Shown: positions 50,361-64,000 of the stretch, piece by piece
Position numbering within the stretch: the stretch's first letter is position 1
How the letters are laid out: each line of letters begins with the position of its first letter
Source: Octopus vulgaris
Taxonomy: Eukaryota
DNA: 64,000 bases
Assembly (NCBI GenBank): GCA_951406725.2
Contig: OX597843.1
Span: 15,500,001-15,564,000, forward strand
Reading direction: 5' to 3'
Made by a program: the position numbers and the translations under genes
Notes under the pieces: model-generated
Told to the model about the DNA's origin: nothing
The model's input: only the letters and a program-made list of their open reading frames with translations
Database searches by the model: none

Positions 50361-53300
50361 TACATTAGACATGGACAGTGGAGATTTAACGCTGAGACAA
50401 CGAGTACACAGTTAAAAGAATAACAATGATATCCGACAAAAGACTATAACAATGAAAGTTCGTAATAGGTGCAGGTAATCCCCTGGAGTTGGCTCAGGTG
50501 CCCCCACCCCAATCCTGAACCACTCGACGCTTCGCGAGCATCTGGGAAGAACACTCTCCTTTCTTTCAAATTCACTAGCTCAAAGGCGTGTTATTAGAGT
50601 AAGTCCACTCACACGTACCCTTTTCGCTATTCATCCACCTTTTGGCAAATGTACTGGGAGGCAGCACTTCACTCTGCACCCTCATCTTCCTTTCCAAAGA
50701 AAATTTGAAAAAGTTGACGAGTGATTGGCCGTAGAGAAAAGTCTCTGCCTTTAGTCCTTTTAACCTGGTCCACAACACAGCCTCTTTCGCTACATGCTAT
50801 TAGACATAAGTAAATTGCCTGACCTTCCGGACTGATTGAAAGTGGATGATCGATCTTCTCTACGGACTCGGCCGATAGATAGAACCACCGTACACGTGAT
50901 AACAGCTGTTCAACATAACTCCACATGTCAGTAATGCAAGGACACTGGACGAGTGCGTGCAGAATGATTTCATAGCTCTGCGCACATGTCGGGTAGGTCG
51001 GTCAGACAGAACTTCCGTGCTTGTAGAGTTTATCTCGAACCGTCAGTGCCCCCCGACAGCACTGCATAACAAGGGACTTCTAGAAGTTATCCATCGTCCA
51101 CGTCTTGAAAGTCCTCCTCAACAGACTGGTTAGTTCAATTTTGTCAACGCCTAGCGTCTCTCCAAGTGCTTCATCGCACTTTCCCTCCACTAACCCTCCA
51201 TAGAACTTCAGAGTGGATTTTCTACTGAGCGCATTGCCCACCTGGTAGAGGACAGTGAGTGCCTAGCAACATTCCAGTTTCCAGTAACCCTTCCTCGGTC
51301 TCTTCTTGAACCACGACTGCAGCTTACTCAAGGAGATGAGATGTGGAAAAGCCTGTTTGACAAACGATGACCACACCTGTTCTCCATTTACGCAGAATGT
51401 TTGGAGGTGCCGCAGCCCCAGTGCATGTCTTCCACAGCATGCCCAGTGTTCCGGAAATCGGAAAGCGAAAGCACAAAAACGAAAATTTGAAAAGGGAAAA
51501 GTAAAAACAGCATTTAAGAGTTCTCCTTGTTAGACATTGAATTATGAGGCTAATAAAATATCAAAAATCTAATCAAGAATAGACGGAATTTTTCAGTTCT
51601 TCAAAATATATTTATACTTGACAACGACTGAAAATTCCAGACCTAGAGTCCAATAGAGGATTAAGCATCTTAGATCTGAACAGGATATGCACTCTTTCAG
51701 CTAAACAATGTTTATATTTATTCGATCCATTCACATAAGTTATGGATTCTCAGTTACTTCCCATCCAGTCACATGTGGTGTTTCGTTTTCTTCCAAACTT
51801 AGCCAGTTTCGTAGCTTTACTTTTGGCCTATGTCGGAAGGGGATTATGTGATTGGCATAACGACTTTAAAATTCACCTTTAAATAAGCAAAAGAATAAAA
51901 GAATAAAAGATTGTGTGTGTGTGTGTGTACATGCATACAAAAATACACCCACATACGCACGGATATGTACATAAGCGCGCACACACACACTCATAGGCGT
52001 ATGGATTATTGTTTCGGTAAGTTGTGTCCACGAGAAAGACACTTCCAGTGCTCTCATCTGAAAAGCACCAGCATTAACCAGGGGTTAACATTGCGACAGA
52101 CTGGTATCCGGTGTGTTGTATCCTTGTGTGTTGAAATACGTTCGATACCGAGATATACTGGGGGCCTAATGAGCCTGTAGATCAGGCAGAGAATTTAGCT
52201 TAGAAAATGCTTTAATATAGACATTTAGGCATGCGCAGTCAAGTGTTTGTGTAACGTTTATGGAGGAAAAGTCGATATGAATATGACAAAAAAAGAAACA
52301 CCGTATTTTCCGGTGTATAAGCCGCTATTTTTTACCTGGGAAATTTAGTGTGCCGCTTAGAGAAAGGTGCGCCTAATGTTTGTAACTTTTTTTATAGTTC
52401 CAGGAGGAAAATAATTTGTGTATGGAGATCGAATGATTCCACTGATTTTTTTGGAGGAAAGGTCGGTCGATGAAAGACTATTGCTACAGGACATTTGTGC
52501 CTGGAAGAAAACAAAGCACATTTGTTTTGTTTTAACTTCAAGTTTTGATAATGTTTTTTTTTTTATCCAATAAAGAATTTAATATTGACAGAAGGTGTTT
52601 GTTGCTGATTATAGTAAGATAAAATAAAAAAAATCAACAATACATCTCAAAGTTGAAGAATAAAACATTTTGAAAATACATACACATCAACAACAACAAA
52701 GCTAGCAGCGGTCACGTGGTTCCATAAGTCTTTATAAAACACCGGTAGGCTTTATGTGGGGATAAAAACCAAAATTTTCCCCAAAATCCCAAGCTATCCT
52801 TCACAATACAATAATACAAACATTAATAAGCCACCTCAATTGTATAATACTAATCTTAAGCCAACATTCTACAACCCTGTCTACGAGACGACAAATATTA
52901 GTTCCATTACAACCTCTCAATCCGATACTAATATAAATCCTAATTTAGATTCTCCCCACTAACAACAAACCAACCAACATCAACATTACTACTAGTAAAC
53001 CCCAACCACTTGCAACTGTCGCGCTTCTGAAATATATGGTATGCAGACACCTGTCTCCTCAAAAGCGTAATCTATAAGTTTCACGTGATGACCGCATGCA
53101 CCCACCAGGCAAGGGTGTATATTTGGGGCACTGAAGATTTGGAATGGCGTTGTCGTGCTCATATGAATTCTTTCACTAATCCCAAATCTAAACTATTTCA
53201 ATCTTTAGCGACACACATATACAACCTCAATTCAAAACAATGTCCAATACGCTCTATCGTGGTCCAAAGTATGTGAAGCTCCCCTCTACAACACAAATAT

Positions 53301-53548
53301 AGGTAAATGTATGTTATGTATAAAAGGGTCATTAACTATTCTTCGCCTCCACAACTCCTCACTGTTAAATTCTCTGACGTTATTTTTTATCGTAAGCATA
53401 AATACTGCCCGACATTCATGCACTTCCCTAATTCCAAATAAATAAAGCTGTAATGTAAAACAAGTGTCAACCTGACAATCGACAAGTGAACACATTCCAA
53501 ATAGCAAATATGTGTGTGTGTCTATGTATACATATATGTATGTATATA

Positions 53549-53616
<68 letters not shown>

Positions 53617-55083
53617 TATATATATATATATATATATATGAGCATATGCAATACATATGAAATATCCAAAATTGCATTTACAAATACATAATATATACAT
53701 ACAAGCTCTTACATACATACATGCAAACACACACACATATACGCACAATATATATATACATATAAACTCCTACATTAATACACAGTATTAAAAACATTAA
53801 GTAGTCAGCATATATATATAGATACCTACAGAAATATAAATATATATAACACGCATCCCAAATTTATTCCAAGTATTATGATCAACCGATTTTTCATCCT
53901 CCTCTCAGCCTCCTAAATCTCTCCAACACACATCACAAATTTCCTTAAATTTTTGCTTTTCAACCGTCTCTACTCTCATTTGACCCTTCTCGGCTTGTAC
54001 CAGCTAGAAGGGGATACTCCTTCAACATTCAGGTGAATTACTTATTTATTCACATCGTTTAAAATTAAACATACGTTATCTTCTAGCTTTGAGATTTTGA
54101 TTATGTGATTGCTTACTTTTAGAATAACTTTGCATGGTGGTTTTGAAAGGGCTAATGTGTTCAGTTTCAACAGAAAACAGGAAGAATATTTGGGCCCGAC
54201 GTGGCCAGTGCCAATGCTAATGGGTTAACTGAAAGTTACTGAAGTAAAAATAAAAGCATAAAAAAAAAATTTAGGTAATTTGGGGACCCAAATTAATGAG
54301 GTCTTAAGGGTGGAGACCCTTTTTATCCCTTCCTTAATGCCGTTGAGGAGACTGGACAATGGCCAATAGAATGCCGATATAATATAATGAAAATAGTAAC
54401 TTATCAATAAAGTGCTGTTAGTCTCTGTTCGTAAGAGGTAGTGAATGTATATATATATCTATATATATATATATGTGCGCATATATATATATTGCGTCAT
54501 TTGTTTATACTGGTGGTACAGTTTTCAACCAGCAGGATGTAACCTGATGCTAATGCTTATGATATACATGCAGCAGAAAGGCGTGTCGTTCACAGGTTTA
54601 AAATAACTAAATTGCATTGTATATAAAATATGCTAAAAAGTAAGTTACTTCATGTGTAACATTTAATTCTTATTTTAATGTCTTTTACACAGGATAAAAC
54701 CCGAAATAGTGAAATCGGAATTTTGGAACTAAGTGAAAGACAATGATTGTTTACCATAAAGATTTTCCCGTTTTGCCGGACCATTCGATGTGGTTTACTA
54801 GAACCTGGATTGTAGTACAATGCTTGTAAGTTGCGTCCCATGATTTGATTTTCCTCTCCCTTTATATTATGTATATGTGTGTGTGAAAGTGTTTGTCTGC
54901 GTGTGTGTTTGTGTGTGTGAAAATAAATAAATGTAAATGAATGTATATATGTGTGTATATATATATATATGTATATCGATATATGGAGAGACGTAATAGA
55001 TAGAGAGATAGAAAGATAAAGATACAGACAATGATTGATAGAGAGATAGCTAGACAGACACATGATAGTTTGATAGATAGATT

Positions 55084-55129
<46 letters not shown>

Positions 55130-55134
55130 AATAT

Positions 55135-55203
<69 letters not shown>

Positions 55204-55326
55204 CAGACAGATGGAAAGATAGAGATAGATAGTCATAGATAGATAGATAGATTGATTGATAGATAGATAGATAAATAGATACATAGATAGATAGATAGAT
55301 AGATGAATAGATAGAGATAGATGGAC

Positions 55327-55357
<31 letters not shown>

Positions 55358-55950
55358 TGTTTCTTTATTAGCCAAACAGGGCTGCACACAGATAGAACAA
55401 ATTACAAGGTAGAGCTTTTCTTTTGGGGGTAAAAAAAAGTGGGTTGGGTTTCGATCAAAAGGGATCGTAAAAGGAAAGAAAGAGTACAAAAAAAGGGGAG
55501 GATTTTTTTTTAAAAGTGGGGAGAGGGAAAAAAATAAAAGGAAAGGGGAGAGGAAAAAAAGTTGATCAATAGGGATCGCAATCACAGAAATGTCAATATG
55601 AAATGTAAAGAAAAGCCTACGGAAAAGACCACGGTAACCTCGGTCAATGAAGTCACATGTTATATTTCTTTCTCTTATTTTTTTTTGCAAATAAGCAACT
55701 CACTGTATTAATTTTTACGGTTCATAGAATCATAGTCAAGGTGTCTTCGTCATTCATACGTGCCATCCTTGCTACATTCACCCATCTTTTTTTAAAACAT
55801 TCGCTAGACAAAATTTGCCTCTCTACTCTCACTTTCCTCTTCATGTGATACTTGAAGAAGTTGATGAGAGATTGACCAGAGAGGAAAGTGTTTGTCTCCA
55901 ATCCTTTCGGGCGCGTCCACCAGATACATTCTTTCGATATAGCCACAAGT
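55358..55950 (-). mobile_element. Tx1-A 3' remnant cut by a ~2 kb deletion
   Basis: Sequence switches at agccacaa-gta-ccagacgaac from Tx1-A to the spacer (3-nt microhomology). Confidence 0.85.
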
Positions 55951-56760
55951 ACCAGACGAACACTTGTATCCTGGCGTTTGATACAATGTGGTTATTATAT
56001 TCAGGCAGTCATAGATGACGGAAGCGATGTACGCATTCGCCACCACGACTCGACCCTTCACGAACAGCTTCCTCTCTGCCAATTTCTGGGTGAGATCGAC
56101 TATTCTGTTCGTCACCTCCCACCCGTTGGTGTCCCACCTCGGGGTCTACAGCAGACCAGACCCCAAACAGTTTAACCTGTCTTTCACTTTAGCGCCCTAC
56201 AAACTGTCGGTTGGTATGGGTCTGCCTCTACATCTGCCGATTTGCAGGCCCACCGACTTCTCCTGGATAAGCTTTGCTCCTATCAACACTTCGTGGACAG
56301 TATTATGATGACGTGGTCCGTGTTAGCGGATACGAACATTCCACATCCTAAGACATATATATATATATATATTTATATATATATGGCATCTGTATTTCTA
56401 ATTATATAATTTCGATTTGAAAATTTCAGTCAGCAGTTTATGATGATTGGCGGTGGAAGTGGAAGAGTTAAAATGAGAGACGGGTAGAGGGAGTGATAGA
56501 AGAGAGAGAGGGGAAAGAAGAGGAGGAGAGTTGATGTGTACGATTGTTCGTGTGTGTGTGTGTGTTTGTGTCTCTGTGTGTGATGTAATATATACATAAC
56601 CCTGCCTAAGCTTTTCTTTAATATGAAACTGGAGGGAATATCACATTAACGATTGCATTAAATGATATAATTTTACTGTGAAGAAGTGAGTGAAATGTTT
56701 AGCCGGAAGAAATTTCCAATAACAATAATAATTATAATAATAATAATAAAAATAATAATA

Positions 56761-56807
<47 letters not shown>

Positions 56808-59800
56808 TATTATTATTATTATTAATTATTATTATTATTATTATTATTATTAATTGAGAGAGCAGTGCATGCCATCAAAGTGACACTAGGGTAAAATATA
56901 CGAAGCCCAGTATACCCATCATGACTACCCGTCTGATAAGGGTACACCAGGCGCATGCATCACAACCATAAATGCGAAACATGATGATCTCATATCAAGA
57001 TAAAAAGCACATGATCTTTAAGGTGGGGACCAGTTAGAATTTTCTTCTTGTCGAGTAACCCATCCTGCTCAAAAGGTCCCTGAGTAAGAGTTGTTTACGG
57101 ATTTTGAACGAAACAGCCATGTTTCCAGAGGTGAATTATTCAAACCCCAAAGAATCCCTCTCAACACATGTCTATGATACTTCCCCACTACTTCTGCTTG
57201 TGATCAGAGATGCACATATCATCAGCCACTAAGGGACATGCTCAACTGGTTAACGTCGAGCAACTGACAAGCAAATCTGTGGTATTGAGCAGAATATTTG
57301 CTGGAGCCCATCCCCTATACAAAGAAGATGGGCTACATCTTCGTTCAACATCCTTCAACAACCCTTACTATTATTATTATTATTATTATTATTATTATCA
57401 TTATTATTATTATTATTAATATTATTTGCCAATAGGGCCGGCATAGCGGTGAGATCTGGCAGAATCTTTAGTACGTCGGGCGAAATGCTAAGCGGTATTT
57501 CTTCTGCCGTTATCTTCGGAGTTCAATTTCCCCCGAGGTCGACTTTGCCTTTCATCCTTTCGGGGTCGATTAAAGAAGTACCAGTTACGCACTGTGATCG
57601 ATATAATCGGCTTAATCCGTTTATCTGTCCTTGTTTGTCTTTTCTGTGTTTAGCCCCTTGTGGGTAGTAAAGAAACAGGATACAGTAGACATGGACAGTG
57701 GAGATTTAACGCTGAGACAACGAGTACACAGTTAAAAGAATAACAATGATATCCGACAAAAGAATATAACAATGAAAGTTCGTAATAGGTGCAGGTAATC
57801 CCCTGGAGTTGGCTCAGGTACCCCCACCCCAATCCTGAACCACTCGACGCTTCGAGAGCATCTGGGAAGAACACTCTCCTTTCTTTCAAATTCACTAGCT
57901 CAAAGGCGTGTTATTAGAGTAAGTCCACTCACACGTACCATTTTCGCTATTCATCCACCTTTTGGCAAATGTACTGGGAGGCAGCACTTCACTCTGCACC
58001 CTCATCTTCCTTTCCAAAGAAAATTTGAAAAAGTTGACGAGTGATTGGCCGTAGAGAAAAGTCTCTGCCTTTAGTCCTTTTAACCTGGTCCACAACACAG
58101 CCTCTTTCGCTACTTGCTATTAGACATAAGTAAATTGCCTGACCTTCCGGACTGATTGAAAGTGGATGATCGATCTTCACTACGGACTCGGCCGATAGAT
58201 AGAGCCACCGTACACGTGATAACAGCTGTTCAACATAACTCCACATGTCAGTAATGCAAGGACACTGGACGAGTGCGTGCAGAATGAATTCATAGCTCTG
58301 CGCACATGTCGGGTAGGTCGGTCAGACAGAACTTCCGTGCTTGTAGAGTTTATCTCGAACCGTCAGTGCCCCCCGACAGCACTGCATAACAAGGGACTTC
58401 TAGAAGTTATCCATCGTCCCCGTCTTGAAGTCCTCCTCAACAGACTGGTAAGTTCAATTTTGTCAACGCCTAGCGTCTCTCCAAGTGCTTCATCGCACTT
58501 TCCCTCCACTAACCCTCCATAGAACTTCAGAGTGGATTTTCTACTGATCGCATTGCCCACCTGGTAGAGGACAGTGAGTGCCTAGCAACATTCCAGATGC
58601 CAGTAACTCTTCCTCGGTCTCTTCTTGACCCACGACTGCAGGTAACTCAAGGAGATGAGATGTGGAAAAGCCTGTTTGACAAACGATGACCACACCTGTT
58701 CACCATTTAGGCAGAATGTTTGGAGATGCCGCAGCCCCAGTGCATGTCCTCCACAGCATGCCCAGTGTTCCGGAAATCGGAAAGCGAAAGCACAAAAACG
58801 AAAATGGGAAAAGGGAAAAGTAAAAACAGCATTTAAGAATTCTCCTTGTTAGACCTTGAATTATAAGGCTAATAAATTATCAAAAATATAATCAAGAATA
58901 GACGGAATTTTTCAGTTCTTCAAAATATATTTATACTTGACAACGACTGAAAATTCCCGACCTAGAGTCCAATAGAGAATTAAGCATCTTAGATCAGAAC
59001 AGGATATGCACTCTTTCAGCTAAACAAAGCTAATATTTATTCGATCCATTCACATAAGTTATGGATTCTCAATTACTTCCCATCCAGTCACATGTGGTGT
59101 TTCGTTTTCTTCCAAACTTAGCCACTTTCGTAGCTTTACTTTTGGCCTATGTCGGAAGGGGATTATGTGATTGGCATAACGACTTTAAAATTCACCTTAA
59201 ATAAGCAAAAGATTAAAAGAATAAAAGATGATGTGTGTGTGTGTACATGCATACAAAAATACACCCACATACGCACGGATATGTACATAAGCGCGCACAC
59301 ACACACATATAGGCGTATGGACTATTGTTTCAGTAAGTTGTGTCCACGAGAAAGACACTTCCAGTGCTCTCATCTGAAAAGCACCAGCATTAACCAGGGG
59401 TTAACATTGCGACAAACTGGTATCCGGTGTGTTGTATCCTTGTGTGTTGAAATATGTTCGATACCGAGATATACTTGGGGCCTAATGAGCCTGTAGATCA
59501 GGCAGAGAATTTAGCTTAGAAAATACTTTAATGTAGACATTTAGGCATGCGCAGTCAAGTGTTTCTGTAACGTTTACGGAGTGAAAGTCGACATGAATAT
59601 GACAAAAAGAGAAGTGAATTTTAATGATGATATTAAATGATAATATTAATATTTTACATTCCACCGGTATCAGTAGCTGAGGCTAAAGTTATAATTACTG
59701 CATACTGGTGGTACAGTTTTCAACCAGCAGGATGTAACCTGATGCTAATACTTATAATATACATGCAGGAGAAAGGCGTGTCGTTCACAGGTTTAAAATA

Positions 59801-60323
59801 ACTAAATTGCATTGTATATAAAATATGCTAAAAATTAAGTTACTTCATGTGTAACATTTAATTCTTATTTTAATGTCTTTTACACAGGATAAAACCCGAA
59901 ATAGTGAACTCGGAATTTTGGAACTAAGTGAAAGACAATGATTGTTTACCATAAAGATTTTCCCGTTTTGCCGGACCATTCGATGTGGTTTACCAGAGCC
60001 TGGATTGTAGTACAATGCTTGTAAGTTGCGTCCCATGATTTGAATTTCCTCTCCCTTTATATTATGTATATGTGTGTGTGAAAAAGTGTGTCTGCGTGTG
60101 TGTTTGTGTGTGTGAAAATAAGTAAATGTAAATGAATGTATATATGTGTGTATATATATATATATGTATATCGATATATGGAGAGACGTAATAGATAGAG
60201 AGATAGAAAGATAAAGATACAGACAATGATTGATAGAGAGATAGCTAGACAGACACATGATAGTTTGATAGATAGATTGATAGATAGATAGATAGATAGA
60301 TAGATAGAAAGATAGATAAATAA

Positions 60324-60354
<31 letters not shown>

Positions 60355-60550
60355 TATAGATAGATAGATGGAAAGATAGAGATAGATAGTCATAGATAGA
60401 AAATGATAGATAGATAGATAGATAGATAGAGATATATAGACATAGATAGAAACATAGATAGATTGATAGATAGATAGATAAATAGATACATAGATAGATA
60501 GATGGATAGATAGAGATAGATGGATAGATAGATAGATAGATAGATAGATA

Positions 60551-62051
60551 TGTTTCTTTATTAGCCACACAGGGCTGCACACAGACAGAACAAATTACAA
60601 GGTAGAGCTTTTCTTTTGGGGGTAAAAAAAGGCGGTTCGGTTTCGATCAAAAGGGATCGTAAAAGGAAAGAAAGAGGACAAAAAACGGGAGGATTTTTTT
60701 AAAAAAGGGGGGAGAAGGAAAGAAATAAAAGGAAAGGGAGAGGAAAAAAAGTTGATCAATAGGGATCGTAATCACAGAAATGTCAATATGAAGTGTAAAG
60801 AAAAGCCTACGGAAAAGACCACGGTAACCTCGGTCAATGAAGTCACATATTATATTTCTTTCTTTTATTTTTTTTGTTTGCTAATAAGCAACTCTCTGTA
60901 TTAATTTTTACGGTTCATAGAATCATTGTCAAGGTGGCTTCGTCATTCATACGTGCCATCCTTGCTACATTCACCCATCTTTTTTTAAAACATTCGCTAG
61001 ACAAAATATGCCTCTCTACTCTCACTTTCCTCTTCATGTGATACTTGAAGAAGTTGATGAGAGATTGACCAGAGAGGAAAGTGTTTGTCTCCAATCCTTT
61101 CGGGCGCGTCCACCAGATACATTCTTTCGCCATAGCCACAAGTATGATAAAAATAGCTCTTCCTTCCCGTTTGAAGGAAGGAGGCGTGAAGATATTAACG
61201 ATAGACTCGGCTGATAAACCGACACGTCCCACACGTGACAGCAGTCGTTCGACATAAGCCCACATGTCGGAAATTACTGGACACTGCACGATTGCGTGCA
61301 GAGCGGTTTCGTCGCTCTGCCCGCATCTCGGGCAGGTCGGCCCCGTGTTTCTCGAGCCATGCCTATAGAGCTTATCCCGAACGGGTAGCGCTTCTCGGTA
61401 GCACCGCCAGGCCAGGGATCTCTGGAAGTTGTCTATAGGTCCCAGGCCGAAAGTCGTTTGAAACAGGCGGGTCAGGTATTCCTCGACGACGCCCAGGTTT
61501 GCCAAGAGATCGTCGTCGTACCTCCCCTCCACTAATCCCCTATAGAATTCTTTGGTTGTGTTGAAGTCACTCAAGGTCGACCTGGGACGGCAGAGTTGCT
61601 TGAGAGCAACGCGACACTCGCGGTGCCATTCGCCCTTCCTCGGCCTCTTTTTGATCCACGACTGTTGTTCGGTCATGGAGACGAGTTGCGGGAATGCATG
61701 CCTCACAAACGACGACCACACCTGTTCACCGTCTTGAACATAGAGCCGGAGATGTCGCAGTCTCAGCGCGTGTCTGCGCATCATCAACCACGGCATGCCC
61801 AGCCCTTCTTTTAACGGGTGTTGGCAGCAAATGGATCGCCTGACCATCGGGACGCATCCTTTCCACAAGAAGCGGAAGAGGATGCGTTCTAGTTTGGTGA
61901 TGGTAGGGTCGGGACAAGGTATGACGGTCAGGCGGTAGTAGATGATGGACGCGACGTAGGGGTTCGCCACCTCCGCCCGACCTTTTAGGGACACTTTCCT
62001 CTCGGCCCATTGCTGGGCGAGAGTGACCACCCTACTCGTTATCTCGTTCCA
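60551..62051 (-). mobile_element. Tx1-A LINE, 5'-truncated, ORF2 C-terminal 371 aa uninterrupted
   Basis: ORF 60915-62030 carries the CCHC knuckle CPRCGQSDETALHAIVQC and ends MIL*; same junctions as the other copies. Confidence 0.92.
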
Positions 62052-62078
62052 GATAGATAGATAGATATGTAGATATAT

Positions 62079-62147
<69 letters not shown>

Positions 62148-62756
62148 GATATAGATAGAAGATCGATTGATTGATCGATAGATAGATCATTTTCTATTGT
62201 TGCATCCTTTAAAATTTCAGGAACACAAACCATAGAGCTTCAATTCCCGTTCGCTGTCTTCGATGAGATCCGACAATTCTAATTTATGGCGTAGAATTTA
62301 AACCATAGCTGTAAACAATTCCTTACGTTTGTCATCCATTGGGCTGCGCCTATGCTGGGGCACTGCCTTAAAGTGTTTTAGTCGCACAAATCGACCCCAG
62401 TATTTGTTGTTAAGCCTGCTGCGTATCCTCGCGATCCCTTCCGCTGATTTGCCTAGAGTTACGCAAATTTATACTTTTGATTTTTTTATTATTATTTACC
62501 AGAAAAAAGAAAAACATGAAGGCAATTATGGTCAGCGGCAGGCAATTCTGCATCAGACGTAAATGCTTTGAAAATGACGTGGTAAAAATGTGAAAAGTTT
62601 CAAGTGGTTGTAAGGAATTTAACAAGATACCGATCGGCCAAATTACTGGGACGTAAAAAACCGGAACCTCTTCCCAAGCGGTCATAGTGGATAAACTGAA
62701 ACACATACACATATACATACACACGCTCACATATACATAGATATATACATATATGT

Positions 62757-62792
<36 letters not shown>

Positions 62793-62793
62793 A

Positions 62794-62824
<31 letters not shown>

Positions 62825-64000
62825 ACAAAGTAAGTTTGGGGCTACTAATAAATATATATAATGGAAATATAGGATAGAATTTTTACGAGGATTTATCAAG
62901 TAGTTATCGTGAAAAACCTCAGAAAGGATAACTTATTAATTATTCCCTATGAATATATTTATATATATTAAGGGCATTACTTATACATAAATGTCTCACG
63001 CTAGGAGGGTCTCTTGAAGTCAAAACTACTATAATGCCCACATTGTACAAAACGCGAGGGAATGCAACTCTCAAAGCGAGCCTCCAGAAACAGACGTAGC
63101 TGAACATCATATGATTCCGTAATTAGTGCACAAAATGCACTTTTCACTCATCAGCGCAGCCTTTGTCAAGACATAAAAATTAACAAAAATCAACGTACCA
63201 GACGAACACTTGTATCCTGGCGTTTGATACAATGTGGTTATTATATTCAGGCAGTCATAGATGACGGAAGCGATGTACGCATTCGCCACCTCGACTCGAC
63301 CCTTCACGAACAGCTTCCTCTCTGCCAATTTCTGGGTGAGATCGACTATCCTGTTCGTCACCTCCCACCCGTTGTTGTCCCACCTCGGGGTCTACAGCAG
63401 ACCAGACCCCAAACAGTTTAACCTGTCTTTCACTTTAGCGCCCTACAAACTGTCGGTTGGTATGGGTCTTCCTCTCCATCTGCCGATTTGCAGGCCCACC
63501 GACTTCTCCTGGATAAGCTTTGCTCCTATCAACACTTCGTGGACAGTATTATGATGACGTAGTCCGTGTTAGCTGATACGAACATTCCACATCCTAAGAC
63601 ATATATATATATATATATTATATATATCTATCTGTATTTTAATTATATAATTTCGATTTGAAAATTTCAGTCAGCAGTTTATGATGATTGGCGGTGGAAG
63701 TGGAAGAGTTAAAATGAGAGAGGGGTAGAGGGAGTGATAGAAGAGAGAGAGGGGAAGAAGAGGAGGAGAGTTGATGTGTACGATTGTTCGTGTCTGTGTG
63801 TGTGTGTGTCTCTGTGTGTGATGTAATATATACATAACCCTGCCTAAGCTTTTCTTTAATATGAAACTGGAGTGAATATCGCATTAACGATTGCATTAAA
63901 TGATATAATTTTACTGTGAAGAAGTGAGTGAAATGTTTAGCCGGAAGAAATTTCCAATAACAATAATAATTATAATAATAATAATAATAATAATAATAAT

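Overview
Eukaryotic, repeat-saturated, AT-rich DNA; the SINE, LINE and microsatellite content suggests a cephalopod, probably Octopus (inference). Almost all long ORFs in the supplied track are microsatellite artefacts. The main signal is missed by that track: a minus-strand leucine-rich-repeat (LRR) gene. It has one signal-peptide/LRRNT exon (27429-27619) followed by eight 72-nt, phase-2/phase-2 exons, each encoding one 24-aa LRR. Each LRR exon lies in its own 2.2-2.9 kb tandem unit (3.2-23.7 kb), made of ~1 kb of near-identical intron plus a 1.1-1.9 kb (GAA/GGA) purine tract. The exons vary more than the adjacent intron, mostly at the exposed positions of the LxxLxLxxNxL strand, and show mosaic sharing. 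This resembles a diversified, VLR-like or exon-shuffled LRR receptor; the gene probably continues off the left edge. The right half (~31-64 kb) is a 7-12.5 kb tandem segmental repeat built from Tx1/L1-like, Penelope, SINE and pogo fragments. It contains a young R4/Dong-like LINE in a (TAA)n site that is empty in sister copies, a SINE sharing its 3' tail with the Tx1-like LINE, and a candidate host exon. All alignments and counts were done by eye.
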